Below are positions 46,879 to 57,270 of a stretch of 64,000 nucleotides of DNA, in pieces. This DNA is from Gemmatimonadales bacterium (GTDB lineage: Bacteria; Gemmatimonadota; Gemmatimonadetes; Gemmatimonadales; GWC2-71-9), in the NCBI GenBank assembly GCA_039934355.1, contig JBDTMI010000010.1, positions 15,481 through 79,480 of the forward strand, in the 5' to 3' direction. The position numbers were made by a program, and so were the translations under genes. Each line of letters opens with the position of its first letter. Position 1 is the stretch's first letter. The notes beneath the pieces are model-generated. The model was not told where the DNA came from, searched no databases, and was given only the letters and a program-made list of their open reading frames with translations.

Positions 46879-47523
46879 TCACGCGATCCTGCAACACCCA
46901 TTGGAGGCGCATGCGACCCAGGGGCCCTTGGGCAGATCTTCGAAGTATTCCCGGACAACATCGATCCCGAGGAGCGAGGTGATTCCCTTACCGGACGGAC
47001 TTGGAGAGCTGGCGCGACCGCAATCGTCTGGTGTTTCCCAATGCGCGGCCTCTTTCGCCGGTGCATCATTGCAGACGTATGCCTGCCGTGCTGGCGTCGT
47101 CCTGGTCGGGCCCACGTAGAACCCCCTCCAGTCATGCGCGGTGGAGGAATAGAGGAAGAAGATGCAGGTGGGCTTCGCGGCCGAAGCACCCACTGCCCAG
47201 GGGCCGTACGGTTTACTCCCGAGATTCCGGAGCACGCCAATCATCTTACCCTTACCAAGATCTCCAACGACCCCCGTGTGAGATCCCTTGAAAGGCACGA
47301 TCTCGATCCGGATTTCTAGGTCGTCTTCCACCACCAGAACCGTCGAATGTGCAGACTCCTTGAGCCCGACGCTCCCCAAAAGCGCTGTGCACGCGGCATA
47401 GGTCGGTACGACAGGGTCGGCCAAACCCCCGTATCCGGAATCGACATCGCCTAGTGAAAGTACAGAGAGGGGGGCTCCAGCAAGTATCACGCTAGCCGCG
47501 AATAGCTCTATTGCGAGGCGCAT
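46879..47523 (-). CDS. Exported hypothetical protein in a lower-GC patch
   Basis: 214-aa ORF with an AGGAGAAAGA RBS before the ATG. It has the signal-like MRLAIELFAASVILAGAPLSVLS and a Cys-rich C-terminus (ACASNGCC). I recognise no family. Confidence 0.5.
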   Translation of the reverse strand: MRLAIELFAASVILAGAPLSVLSLGDVDSGYGGLADPVVPTYAACTALLGSVGLKESAHSTVLVVEDDLEIRIEIVPFKGSHTGVVGDLGKGKMIGVLRNLGSKPYGPWAVGASAAKPTCIFFLYSSTAHDWRGFYVGPTRTTPARQAYVCNDAPAKEAAHWETPDDCGRASSPSPSGKGITSLLGIDVVREYFEDLPKGPWVACASNGCCRIA

Positions 47524-47723
47524 TCTTTCTCCTGGGTTTGATGGTGATCAGCAGCGACGGTTCATTCGGTCCTTGTAAGCGCCGCCTCCACTTCCCGCCA
47601 TCGCCTCGCAGATCCTGTGAGGGAGCGGGCGTCTGCAATTGTCCCGATCCCAACCTTCCATCCGAAGGGGCGAGACTCGGCGCTTCGAGAGCACCTATCT
47701 ACTCGGAGACAATCAACTATTGA

Positions 47724-50700
47724 TCAGTTCCGGTCCCCCCCAGTGGTCAGGCTATCCAGTCCGGCGATGAACCGACTTACCCAAGGCCCGTGATCTACGT
47801 CAGCGGCGAGGGTCTGACGGATCCGTGTCAGTGCCCCCGCCTGGGCGAGGTCCTCGAGGAAGTCCGTGGCTTGGGAAGGCAGGTTAGCGAGCGTCTGCTT
47901 GAGCTCCTCCCTCGCACCAGTTGAATCCCCCGCGAGCATTCGAAGCCGGACTTCCAACCCAACTGCATCCATCGAAACCGTCCCTGGCGTCATGCCGCGC
48001 CTTAATCGCGACAGATCCCTCAACTCCTGCCTTGCTTGGGCCAGGTTGCCGGCCAGGATCGCCGTTTCGGCCCGGCCGATCCCCGAATGGGCCGGGAGTG
48101 GTCCTAACAGGGGGAAACCGACGAACCTCGCCCTTGAGACCGCGGCCGCGACGATCTTTCTGCGGAGGTCTCCTTGGTAACGTGCTTGCGCGATCAAGTT
48201 GATTCGAGAAAGAATGGCACGAATGGAGTCACGCGGGGAGCCAATGGAGGCAAAGACCAGGAGCCGCTGCGAACTGGACTGCATCTCATTCGTCGCAGGC
48301 AAGACGCGCCCTTCATCGTCATGAAGTGGTACTTGCTCGCCGAATCGCGAAGCGAGGTCGGCGGCGAGATACTGACGACCGACAATCAGGGCGATGATGG
48401 CCTGGATCTGGCCATCCCTGTCAGTCGCCGGCCGCAATTCCAGCAGTGAATCGGCGAGCTTCCGCGCATCACCGAAACGGCTCGCCTTTATGAGCAGTCG
48501 AAGCGCCCAGGCTCCGAGCACCAAGCTCTCACCTGTTGCCGAGGCGTCAGAGCGCATCGCATTCACTACTTCGAGGGCACCGGGATCCCCGCCGCCCGGC
48601 GCATTCAATCGCCGGGCAAGTTCAAGAGCCAGTGCCTGCCCGCGACGGGCCTGCGAACTCGTGGGATAGGCTGTCGTCCATCCTGTCGTGATTCGGAGAA
48701 GCATGGCGCGAGAGCGCTCCGTCGCGGCTTCGCGTGTCACCGGGATCCGCCCGCCGTCTTGGATCTCCTCGAACGGAAACGAGATCGTCGCCAAAGTATC
48801 GTTCAAGAGTTCGGGAAAGGCGCCGAATGCCTGACTGGAATCGCTGATCAAGTATCCTTTCCGCAACTGGTTGGACTCGGCAAAGAGCCTGTTCGCCAGT
48901 CGGTCGATAGCGAACCCACCATACGCCACATGCGCCAGCGGAACGATCTCGAGCGCCCGCCGATAGGCACGGATCGCCCCTTCGGAGCTTGACCGGAAGC
49001 GGTATTGCGAAGGGCTCCGCGAGTCCGGGACCACGGCATCGTCCTGCCCTTGGCAATCCCCCAGCCCGAACCAAGCCCGGACATCCAGGCTGTCGCGTGC
49101 AATCAGGCTGGAGAATTCCTGACAGGCCTCAGGGTAGCGGCGATCAGCCAGGGCGTAGAGCGCCTTCGCCAGACTGCGCTGATTCGGGCCGAGCTGACGG
49201 GTGCCCCGTAACGCCACCTCGAGGGGTGGCCGCCACTCGGAAGTGGGATCGCCGGCGAGCTGCCCAACCTGGCCCAGACGGAGGTTGACGAGCGGATACG
49301 AGGGATCGAACCCCAGCGCCTCACGATACTTGTTCCGGGCCGTCGCAAGATCCCACCGCGCGAGTGCGGAGTCCCCAGCCGATGCAGCCTGAAGCGCGTA
49401 GAACGAGGTAGTGAGGACGATCTCGTCCGGCTCCGGGCCAGACCCGATCGATGGCAAGACCAGCGCATAGGCCATTTTCGCAAACTCGACGAACACCCTC
49501 GTCGTGGCAGCACCGTCAGCCGGAATACTCCGGTTCGGAAAGGTCACCTGGCGGTGTTCTGACGACCCCTGTGTCCCCCGCCCCACCGGGTAAATGGCTG
49601 CGCGCACTATCAGGCTGTCGCCCAACAGTTGGATGTCGCCCCAGATGAGGTGCCCTGCTCCGAGATCCCGTGCGATGGCCAGCGCATCGCTAATGGTCTG
49701 CGGCGCAGCCCCTCCCTGCAGCCGTTCAGCGAGGATCGGCGGGTCGACCAGGTGGAAGTCGGGATAGCCCCCGAGCGAATGCGTGATAAGCTGTGCTGAC
49801 TCCGCCCCGGAAATGACGAGAGGGGCGCCACCAGAGAGCTCCCTGAACGGCAACACCACATACCGGTTCGGATCCAATCCGCCCGCCCCCTGCCCCGCCA
49901 CCACCCACCACCCCGTCCCACCCAGCAGCCCCAATACCACCACCGCTGCCGCGCGCAGCGCCCACTTGCGGCGTCGCAGCGGCGCCACCGGCGTCGTGTT
50001 CCGCGGGTCCATCGCTTGGGCCAGCGCATCCGCGAACGCCTGGGCCGTCCCGAACCGCGCCGCCGGCGCCTTGGCCAGCGCCTTCTCGATCACCGCCTCC
50101 AGCGCCGGCGGCAAGTCAGGCCTGACAATGCGGAGTGACGGCGGGCGCTCGTGGATATGCCGGGCCTGCAACGCCCTCGGCGTGGGCCCGGTGAAGGGCG
50201 GTCCGCCCGCAAGCAGCTCATAGAGCACGCACGCCGCCGAGTAGATGTCGCTCCGCCCGTCGATCTGGCGCTCTCCCGCCGCCTGCTCCGGGCTCATATA
50301 AGTCGGCGTCCCCACCGCGAAGCCAGTCGAGGAGAGGGTGTCGCCGCCGGCCCGCTCAATAGCCCGCGCGATACCAAAGTCGGCCACGATGGGCCGGCCA
50401 TCCTGCAGCAGAATGTTTTCCGGCTTGATGTCGCGATGGACGATGTTGGCACGGTGCGCCGCATCGAGCGCCAGCAGGACGATGCGCATCAGGTCGACTG
50501 CGTCCGTCATCGGGAGCTGGCGCTCCCGCTCGATCCGCTGCCGCAGTGTCTCCCCCGTGATGAAGGGCATCACGAAGTAGAGCAGATCGCGCTCCTCCCC
50601 TGCGGCAAGCAGCGGGAGAATGCCGGGGTGGGTGAGCTGGGAGAGAATGGTGATTTCGCGCCGGAATCGTTCACTGCCGAGGATCCGCGCGAGGTGCGGA

Positions 50701-50870
50701 TCGATGACCTTGATGGCAACCATGCGCCCGGTCGGCTCCTCGCGAGCGCGGAAGACCGTGGCGGTCCCCCCCTGCCCGATCTCCTCGAGCACGGCGTATC
50801 GCCCCGCGAGTGCCTCACGGAGTGCAATCAGCAGGTCGTCTGGAATGGGAGCCTCCCCGGGTACCCACAC
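47724..50870 (-). CDS. Membrane Ser/Thr protein kinase with about 700-aa extracytoplasmic TPR-like domain
   Basis: It has Hanks motifs GQGGTATVF, AIK, HRDIKPENILL, DFGIA and SPEQ. One TM segment is present (AAAVVVLGLLGGTGWWVVA). The C-terminal region is helical-repeat. The start is GTG. Confidence 0.85.
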   Translation of the reverse strand: MWVPGEAPIPDDLLIALREALAGRYAVLEEIGQGGTATVFRAREEPTGRMVAIKVIDPHLARILGSERFRREITILSQLTHPGILPLLAAGEERDLLYFVMPFITGETLRQRIERERQLPMTDAVDLMRIVLLALDAAHRANIVHRDIKPENILLQDGRPIVADFGIARAIERAGGDTLSSTGFAVGTPTYMSPEQAAGERQIDGRSDIYSAACVLYELLAGGPPFTGPTPRALQARHIHERPPSLRIVRPDLPPALEAVIEKALAKAPAARFGTAQAFADALAQAMDPRNTTPVAPLRRRKWALRAAAVVVLGLLGGTGWWVVAGQGAGGLDPNRYVVLPFRELSGGAPLVISGAESAQLITHSLGGYPDFHLVDPPILAERLQGGAAPQTISDALAIARDLGAGHLIWGDIQLLGDSLIVRAAIYPVGRGTQGSSEHRQVTFPNRSIPADGAATTRVFVEFAKMAYALVLPSIGSGPEPDEIVLTTSFYALQAASAGDSALARWDLATARNKYREALGFDPSYPLVNLRLGQVGQLAGDPTSEWRPPLEVALRGTRQLGPNQRSLAKALYALADRRYPEACQEFSSLIARDSLDVRAWFGLGDCQGQDDAVVPDSRSPSQYRFRSSSEGAIRAYRRALEIVPLAHVAYGGFAIDRLANRLFAESNQLRKGYLISDSSQAFGAFPELLNDTLATISFPFEEIQDGGRIPVTREAATERSRAMLLRITTGWTTAYPTSSQARRGQALALELARRLNAPGGGDPGALEVVNAMRSDASATGESLVLGAWALRLLIKASRFGDARKLADSLLELRPATDRDGQIQAIIALIVGRQYLAADLASRFGEQVPLHDDEGRVLPATNEMQSSSQRLLVFASIGSPRDSIRAILSRINLIAQARYQGDLRRKIVAAAVSRARFVGFPLLGPLPAHSGIGRAETAILAGNLAQARQELRDLSRLRRGMTPGTVSMDAVGLEVRLRMLAGDSTGAREELKQTLANLPSQATDFLEDLAQAGALTRIRQTLAADVDHGPWVSRFIAGLDSLTTGGDRN

Positions 50871-50927
50871 ATTGTGCAGGCGCCCGGGGAGGAGGGCAAG
50901 AGGCTGTGGCGTGTCCGCTGCGTTAGA

Positions 50928-51698
50928 TCAACTGCCCTTGACCAGATCGATGCTGCCGTTGACCGTCGTGAGGTCCAGCGCCCGGCCCCCGCCCCCGACT
51001 GTCCCCCGCAGCGCATTCGGTTTCATCCGGCCCTGCACCGTGATGGGGAACTCGCTGCCGACCGACCCGTTGACGGTCGACGCCTCGACCGTGAACGCGG
51101 CCTCAGCCGGCAGGGTGACCTTGATTCCGCCATTGACGGTGGTGAGCCGGAGGGTCCCGGTCCAGTCGGCCCGGCCCATTCGCGCCTTGATCGACCCGTT
51201 GACCGTGGTTGCCCTGGCGGTCCCGGCGCCGGAGACCGCAATGTCGCCATTGACGGTGCTGAGGATGGCGTCTCCTGGCAGATCCTCTCCCTCGACATCA
51301 CCGTTGACGTTGGTCCCGACGAACCGCACACCGGCCGGCACCCGCACTTCGAACGCGACCTCGGTGTCATTCTCCTTCATGTCGCCCCGGGTGCCTTCCT
51401 CGCAGGTGCGCGGCTGCGCCGTCCGGCGCGAGGGATACATCGCGCAGATCGTCACTCCGTCGGCATCCTCCTCCATCTTGATCTCCACCACGCGCGGATC
51501 GCCCCGGTCCGCCCGCTTGGTCGCCGTGACCTCCGCCTCGGTGCCACTGGTGCGGGTCGCGTGGATCCGGCCGCTGATGCCCCGGATCTCCAGCGTCTTG
51601 CCACTGGCCAGGGCGGCATGCCAGCGAAAGTCCTGCGCCGCCAGCGGCGCGGCGACGGCCAGGGGGAGAGCCAGGAGCACGAGAGAGGTGAGACGCAT
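50928..51698 (-). CDS. DUF4097-type beta-repeat protein (LiaG-like putative adhesin), secreted
   Basis: A signal peptide is present. The repeats are TVNGDIAV, TVNGSIKA, TVNGGIKV, TVNGSVGS and TVNGSIDL. Confidence 0.7.
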   Translation of the reverse strand: MRLTSLVLLALPLAVAAPLAAQDFRWHAALASGKTLEIRGISGRIHATRTSGTEAEVTATKRADRGDPRVVEIKMEEDADGVTICAMYPSRRTAQPRTCEEGTRGDMKENDTEVAFEVRVPAGVRFVGTNVNGDVEGEDLPGDAILSTVNGDIAVSGAGTARATTVNGSIKARMGRADWTGTLRLTTVNGGIKVTLPAEAAFTVEASTVNGSVGSEFPITVQGRMKPNALRGTVGGGGRALDLTTVNGSIDLVKGS

Positions 51699-51713
51699 GA
51701 CACACTCCAGGGG

Positions 51714-52592
51714 TCAGGGACGAGAGGGCGCTGTGGGCGCGTCGGAACTGCGTGCACCGCGCGCACCACTGCGGCGCAGGGCGACCGTGCCGTCGAACGA
51801 CTCCAGCTCGAGCCGAGCGGTCCCGGTGCCCATGGTGAAGGTCATGCGTTTGCCGGCGGTTATCCCGCCGACGGTCACGGGGAAGTCGGACTCGAAATCC
51901 CCATCATAGGTGGACACGCTCACCGTCGCGTTGATCGCGGGCGCGATCACGGTGACGTCGCCGTCATGAGACGAGAGGTGGTACTCCCCGCCATCGTGAA
52001 TCGTGCCGTCCAGTCGGATGTCCCCGTCCACGGTGCTGGCCTCGACGTTGTGTGACTCGATTTCGTCAAGGAGAATCGCCCCGTCCACCGCGCTGGCCCG
52101 CAGGTCGCCCTTGGCGCCTCGCACCGTGATGGTCCCGTCCACCGTCGCGAGGTTGACGCGGCCCGCGGCATCGGTAAGGACCAGGTTGCCTTCGACCGAT
52201 TGCAGCGAGACGAAGCCCCGTCCGCCATGGATCTCGATCCCGCCCTCCACCGTCTCCACCGACACGCTGCCGCGGGTGCCCGCGATCCGGACGTCGCCGC
52301 TCTGGGTGCGAAGCTGGAGCGCCATCTCGGCCGGCACCGTCAGGCGCCAGGTGACCTCCGCGGGCCCATAACGCGCCTTGCCGTGCAGGCTCAACGTCCC
52401 GTCACTCTGGTCGATATCTATCCTGGTATCGCGATCGTGCTCCGCCTCGATGCGCACGGCGGCACGATCCCAGGTGGTCACCGAGATACCGCCCTCGAAA
52501 CTGGAGAGTTCAAGCCGAGTGCCGGGGCGGACCGAGACCGTGGTATCGGTGCCCTGCAGCAGCATGGCTGTGGCAAGCAGTGCAAGCAACAT
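51714..52592 (-). CDS. DUF4097-type beta-repeat protein, secreted
   Basis: The repeats are VEGGIEI, VEGNLVL, VDGTITV, VDGAILL, VDGDIRL and FDGTVAL. The N-terminus is signal-like. Confidence 0.7.
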   Translation of the reverse strand: MLLALLATAMLLQGTDTTVSVRPGTRLELSSFEGGISVTTWDRAAVRIEAEHDRDTRIDIDQSDGTLSLHGKARYGPAEVTWRLTVPAEMALQLRTQSGDVRIAGTRGSVSVETVEGGIEIHGGRGFVSLQSVEGNLVLTDAAGRVNLATVDGTITVRGAKGDLRASAVDGAILLDEIESHNVEASTVDGDIRLDGTIHDGGEYHLSSHDGDVTVIAPAINATVSVSTYDGDFESDFPVTVGGITAGKRMTFTMGTGTARLELESFDGTVALRRSGARGARSSDAPTAPSRP

Positions 52593-52607
52593 GGGGCTCC
52601 TTGGGAC

Positions 52608-53267
52608 TCAGCTAACGGCGCGGGTCAGCGCCGCAGCGTGGCGTAAGAGGTCGAGCTTGCGCAGTCGGGTCTGGGCCAGATGGCCGTGGAGATAGGTACT
52701 GCCGGAGTCCGTCGCCAGCGCACGCTCGGCCTCGGCGATGGCCCGATCAATCAACTGGAGCTTCTGGGTCACGACGCGGACCGTCGCGCTGTCGAGCCGG
52801 CCCTGGCCCGCCTGGAGCTCCGCCTCGAGCGACCGGATCGCGGCGTCGTAGCCGCGTCCCGCCGCGGTGGTGGCGACCGGGACCACAATCGAGGCACCCG
52901 GCACTTCAGCCACCGTGCCACGACTCGCGCCGTCGCCATTCCCGCGCAACAGCACCGCCACCGCGCCACCGGAGATCACCATCAGGGCAATGCCTGCCGC
53001 CAGCAGTTGCGGCCAGGAGAGCGACGGACGCCGCCGGGCCGGCGTTGCCCCGATGGCCGCGGCAACGCCGGGCCAGAGATCCGCCCGCGGTGGCGCATCA
53101 TCGAGGGCATTGGCCCGGCTGATGACGCGGCGCAGCTCGCCGAGTAGTGCGGTGCACTCGGCGCAACCCTCGAGGTGGGTCGACACTTCCGCCTGCGTGA
53201 GCGGGGCGAGCTCGTCGTCGAGGTAGTCAGAGAGCTGTTCGGTCGATGGATGTGTCATCCGTGTCAT
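52608..53267 (-). CDS. Zinc-binding (ZAS, H-x3-C-x2-C) transmembrane anti-sigma factor
   Basis: It has THLEGCAEC and one TM segment (LLAAGIALMVISGGAVAVLL). A 4-nt overlap joins it to the ECF sigma gene. Confidence 0.75.
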   Translation of the reverse strand: MTRMTHPSTEQLSDYLDDELAPLTQAEVSTHLEGCAECTALLGELRRVISRANALDDAPPRADLWPGVAAAIGATPARRRPSLSWPQLLAAGIALMVISGGAVAVLLRGNGDGASRGTVAEVPGASIVVPVATTAAGRGYDAAIRSLEAELQAGQGRLDSATVRVVTQKLQLIDRAIAEAERALATDSGSTYLHGHLAQTRLRKLDLLRHAAALTRAVS

Positions 53268-53830
53268 CCCAGGGTGCGCCGCAGCGCCATGCGGGCGTAG
53301 TGCAATTGCGACTTGGAAGTGCCGGTCGTGACGCCGAGCAATCCCGCGATCTCCTCGTGACGGTAGCCTTCGACGTCATGGAGGACGAACACCTTCCGCG
53401 CCCCGGCCGGCAGGCGCGCGATGGCGGTCTCGAAATCGAGCCCCATCGCCGGACTGGGGCTCCGAGCCGGCGCATCCAGCCCCGCCGCCGGTTCCTCCAG
53501 AAACCTCTGCCGAAAACGGGTCCGCTCCGAGCGCCGGTTCAGGATGACGTTGACCCCCACCCGGTGCAGCCAGGTTCCGAAGGCCGACTCGCCCCGAAAG
53601 GTGTGCAGCTTCTGCCACGCTCGGACCAGGATCTCCTGAGTGACGTCGTCGTTTTCCTCCCCCAGCATCCGTCGCACGAGGGTGTGGATCCGGTTTACGT
53701 GCCGCCGGTACAGCCGCTCAAAGGCGTGCGCGTCACCGCTTGCGGCCAGGGCCGCATCGACGGCGTCAGCATCCGGGGCTGGTGCGTCGGTCGTGTTCAG
53801 GGTGCGGTACCCGATGGAAGTGGTGATCAT
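53264..53830 (-). CDS. ECF (group 4) RNA polymerase sigma factor
   Basis: Region 2 reads FERLYRRHVNRIHTLVRRML...DVTQEILVRAW. Region 4 reads RKVFVLHDVEGYRHEEIAGLLGVTTGTSKSQLHYAR. Confidence 0.85.
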   Translation of the reverse strand: MITTSIGYRTLNTTDAPAPDADAVDAALAASGDAHAFERLYRRHVNRIHTLVRRMLGEENDDVTQEILVRAWQKLHTFRGESAFGTWLHRVGVNVILNRRSERTRFRQRFLEEPAAGLDAPARSPSPAMGLDFETAIARLPAGARKVFVLHDVEGYRHEEIAGLLGVTTGTSKSQLHYARMALRRTLG

Positions 53831-54018
53831 GCGCGGAGTTGGACATCCGCGAGGGACGCAGGGTTGGAAGAGATTTCCCTCCCGCCCGCCGCTTCCGGCC
53901 CCAGCGTTGGCGGCCGGACGAGCCTCCTGTAAGGAAAGGTTCCGGAACTCATCCCTTCAGGCGGGGAGTCCCGGGGCCGATGATGCCTCCATGACCCCCT
54001 CACCCCGACGGTCGCGCC

Positions 54019-57000
54019 GTGCAGGCAGCACCACTCCCCGCTAACGAGGCGGCCCGGCTCGCGGCGCTGCATCGCTACGCCGTACTGGATACCGCGCCGG
54101 AGGTGGGTTTTGACGACCTGACGGAGCTCGCCGCCACGATCTGCGGTACCCCGATGGCGCTGGTCAGTCTGGTCGATTGTGACCGCCAGTGGTTCAAGTC
54201 ACGCCTGGGCGTAGAAGCGACGGAAACCCCGCGCGATCTCGCGTTTTGTGCCCATACCATCCTGTCCGATGACATCCTTGAAGTCCCGGATGTCTCAACT
54301 GACCCGCGCTTTCATGACAACCCGCTGGCGACGGGCGGGCCTCAGATCCAGTTCTACGCTGGTGCGCCGATGAAAAGCCCGGATGGCCATGCGCTGGGAA
54401 GCCTCTGCGTCATGGACAACGTGGCCCGCACGCTCACCGTCGCCCAGCGTGACTCGCTGAAGCGCCTGGCACGACAGGCGGTGATCCAGCTGGAGTTGCG
54501 CCGCGCCGCCATGGAGCTGGCCGCTTCCGACGAAAAGTCGCGGCTGGTTCTCGCGCAGGTTCCCGCTGGATTCTTCGAGTGCGACGCCGCGGGCCTGTGC
54601 ACCAACGTCAACACCCGCTGGACGGAAATCACGGGATGGTCACGCGAGGAGGCCCTGGGTGCGGGCTGGATCCGGGCGATCCACCCGGAGGACCGAGAGC
54701 GCCTGGTCGACTCGTGGAAGGCCGTCGCCGACTCCGGCCTCGAGTTCAAGATCGAGGCCCGATGGGTTACTCCGGCAGGCCGAGTGCTCTGGATGGGGTC
54801 CAGCGCCCTCGCGCTCCGGGACAACGCCGGTGTGCTGATCGGGTACGTGGGGACCCAGTTCGATATCACCGAGGCTCACCAGGCCCACGAGCTGCTGCAG
54901 CGGGAGCGCTTCTTCCTCGGCGAGACGATCCAGAAGGCGCCAATTGCCATTGCGATGCTGGATACCGAGATGCGCTACCTGGCCTGGAGCGAACAGTGGG
55001 TCATCGAGTATGAACTGGCCGGGCAACCATTGCTGGGCCGGTCGCACTACGAGGTCTTTCCCGATCTCCCCGAGCGGTGGAGGGCGCTGCACCGGCGTGC
55101 CCTCGCGGGCGAGGCGCTCTCGGATGCCCAGGACCACTTTCAGCGGCCCGACGGCAGCAACACCTGGCTGCGCTGGGCCATCCACCCGTGGCGTCAGGTG
55201 GATGGGACGATTGGCGGGGTCGTGATGGTGACGAACATCGTGTCGGACCTGGTCGAGGCCCGCCTGGCCGCGCTTGAGTCGGTGCGCGTCAAGTCCGAGT
55301 TCCTCGCCAGCATGAGCCACGAGATCCGCACCCCCATGAACGGCGTGATCGGCATGACCGGGCTGTTGCTCGATTCGGCCCTGACGCCTGAACAGCGGGA
55401 GACCGCCGAAATGATCGGTGGCTCGGCGGAGGCTCTACTGGGGATCATCAACGACATCCTGGATTTCTCCAAGATCGAGGCCGGCAAGCTGGCCATCGAG
55501 GAGTCACCCTTTGATCTGGGGCAGGCGGTGAACGACGTCGCCGACCTGCTCATCACCAAGGTCCACGAGCACCAGCTCGAATTTGTCATTCGGCACGATC
55601 CTCGATTGCCACGCATGGTGCGGGGCGACGCGGGTCGCCTCCGGCAGATCCTCACCAACATGGTGGCCAACGCGCTCAAGTTCACCACCCGCGGCCATGT
55701 CCTCCTCACCGTCCGGCCCGATGCGGCGGGGGGCGACGGCACCCGGGTGCGGTTCGAGATCAGCGACACCGGGATCGGCATTCCCCAGGAGAAGCTGGAC
55801 ACCATTTTCGAACGATTCATCCAGGCGGACACCTCAACCACGCGGCGCTACGGTGGCACCGGCCTCGGCCTGGCCATCTGCCGCCAGCTGGTCACCCTGA
55901 TGCACGGCGAGATCGGCGTCACCAGCGAGGTCGGGCGCGGCAGCACCTTCTGGTTCAGCATTCCCTTGCCGGCGACCGGGAGCCCGGCGACCGACCACCT
56001 GGCGCCACCGCTCGCACCCGGGAGTCGCGTGCTGGTGGTGGACGACTTCGAGATCACCCGCCGCGTCCTGTGCGAGCACCTCGAACATCTCGGGCTGCAC
56101 GGCGATGGGGTCGCCGACGGCGCCACCGCACTCGACCGGCTGCGCTCGTCCAGGCAGGAGGGCCGACCGTACCTCGCGGCACTCGTCGACGATCGCATGC
56201 CCGGCATGGACGGCGAAACCTTTGCCCGTCGGGTCGCGGCGGATCAACGCCTCGCCGGCCTGCCGATGCTGTTGATCAGCGGCGCCGTCGTCCCCCCCAA
56301 TCTGGCCTGGCTGGCGTCGCTCGGATTCGATGGATTCATCCGCAAACCGGTTCGACTTGATGAGATCGTGAGCGGCTTGCGCCAGTTGCACCAGGGTCAC
56401 CCGATCACGCAGACCATGGCACCGGTCCACGCCGGCGGCAATCCGGTGCCCCAACCGGATTCGATCCCCGCGGGGGACGGGCTCCGGGTGCTCGTCGTGG
56501 ACGACAACAGCGTGAACCAGAAGGTCGCAGCCCGGATGCTGGCCAAGCTGGGCTGCCGGGTGACCGTTGCGGCCGATGGGCGGGAGGCGGTGGACATGGT
56601 GCAGCGTCTGCCACACGCCATGGTTTTCATGGACTGCATGATGCCGGACATGGATGGCTACGAAGCCACCGCGGCGATCCGCGCGCTCGAGGGCCCCGTC
56701 GCCCATACCCCGATCATCGCCATGACGGCCAACGCGATGCAGGGCGACCGGGAACGCTGTCTCGCCGCCGGGATGGATGACTACCTCAGCAAGCCGGTCC
56801 AGCTCGAGCATTTCCGCACCGCCCTGGGCCGCTGGTCAGGGTCGGCACCGGTGATTGCACCGTCTCCCGGTGGTGCTACGCCCCTCGGGCTGCCTCCCGT
56901 CCGCACCCCACCCGTGGACCTCGCGGTGCTTGAGGGGTTCCGTCTGCTGCAGGAGCCCGACGCCCCGGATGTGATCATCGAGTTCATCGACCTGTTCCTC

Positions 57001-57270
57001 GGGGATCTTCCCGATCGGCGGGCCGCAATCACCCGCGCCAGTGACGCGGGCGAGGCCGAGGCCCTGCGCAACGCCGCGCATGCGCTCAAGGGCAGCTCGG
57101 CCTACGTCGGCGCGCACACGCTTTCAGCGTACTGCAAGGCGATCGAAGCCGGCGCACGGAGCGGCGAGATGACGACGTCGGTCCGGGATGCGACGCTGAT
57201 GGAGCAGGAGGCGACGGCGGTGCAGGAGTACCTGCAGGAGTACCGCGTTCATCTGAGGCAGTCCCGATGA
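54019..57270 (+). CDS. Hybrid sensor histidine kinase GAF-PAS-PAS-HisKA-HATPase-REC-REC-HPt
   Basis: [19 protein letters not shown] marks the GAF N-terminus. It has the H-box [14 protein letters not shown], the G-boxes DTGIGI and GGTGLGLAI, two REC domains and an HPt (HALKGSS). The start is GTG. Confidence 0.85.
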   Translation: MQAAPLPANEAARLAALHRYAVLDTAPEVGFDDLTELAATICGTPMALVSLVDCDRQWFKSRLGVEATETPRDLAFCAHTILSDDILEVPDVSTDPRFHDNPLATGGPQIQFYAGAPMKSPDGHALGSLCVMDNVARTLTVAQRDSLKRLARQAVIQLELRRAAMELAASDEKSRLVLAQVPAGFFECDAAGLCTNVNTRWTEITGWSREEALGAGWIRAIHPEDRERLVDSWKAVADSGLEFKIEARWVTPAGRVLWMGSSALALRDNAGVLIGYVGTQFDITEAHQAHELLQRERFFLGETIQKAPIAIAMLDTEMRYLAWSEQWVIEYELAGQPLLGRSHYEVFPDLPERWRALHRRALAGEALSDAQDHFQRPDGSNTWLRWAIHPWRQVDGTIGGVVMVTNIVSDLVEARLAALESVRVKSEFLASMSHEIRTPMNGVIGMTGLLLDSALTPEQRETAEMIGGSAEALLGIINDILDFSKIEAGKLAIEESPFDLGQAVNDVADLLITKVHEHQLEFVIRHDPRLPRMVRGDAGRLRQILTNMVANALKFTTRGHVLLTVRPDAAGGDGTRVRFEISDTGIGIPQEKLDTIFERFIQADTSTTRRYGGTGLGLAICRQLVTLMHGEIGVTSEVGRGSTFWFSIPLPATGSPATDHLAPPLAPGSRVLVVDDFEITRRVLCEHLEHLGLHGDGVADGATALDRLRSSRQEGRPYLAALVDDRMPGMDGETFARRVAADQRLAGLPMLLISGAVVPPNLAWLASLGFDGFIRKPVRLDEIVSGLRQLHQGHPITQTMAPVHAGGNPVPQPDSIPAGDGLRVLVVDDNSVNQKVAARMLAKLGCRVTVAADGREAVDMVQRLPHAMVFMDCMMPDMDGYEATAAIRALEGPVAHTPIIAMTANAMQGDRERCLAAGMDDYLSKPVQLEHFRTALGRWSGSAPVIAPSPGGATPLGLPPVRTPPVDLAVLEGFRLLQEPDAPDVIIEFIDLFLGDLPDRRAAITRASDAGEAEALRNAAHALKGSSAYVGAHTLSAYCKAIEAGARSGEMTTSVRDATLMEQEATAVQEYLQEYRVHLRQSR

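Noticed and set aside
50151-52055. 634-aa plus-strand ORF
   Set aside because: It is antisense to the kinase 5' end and the DUF4097 genes. It has no motifs and an Arg/Gly/Asp-rich composition.
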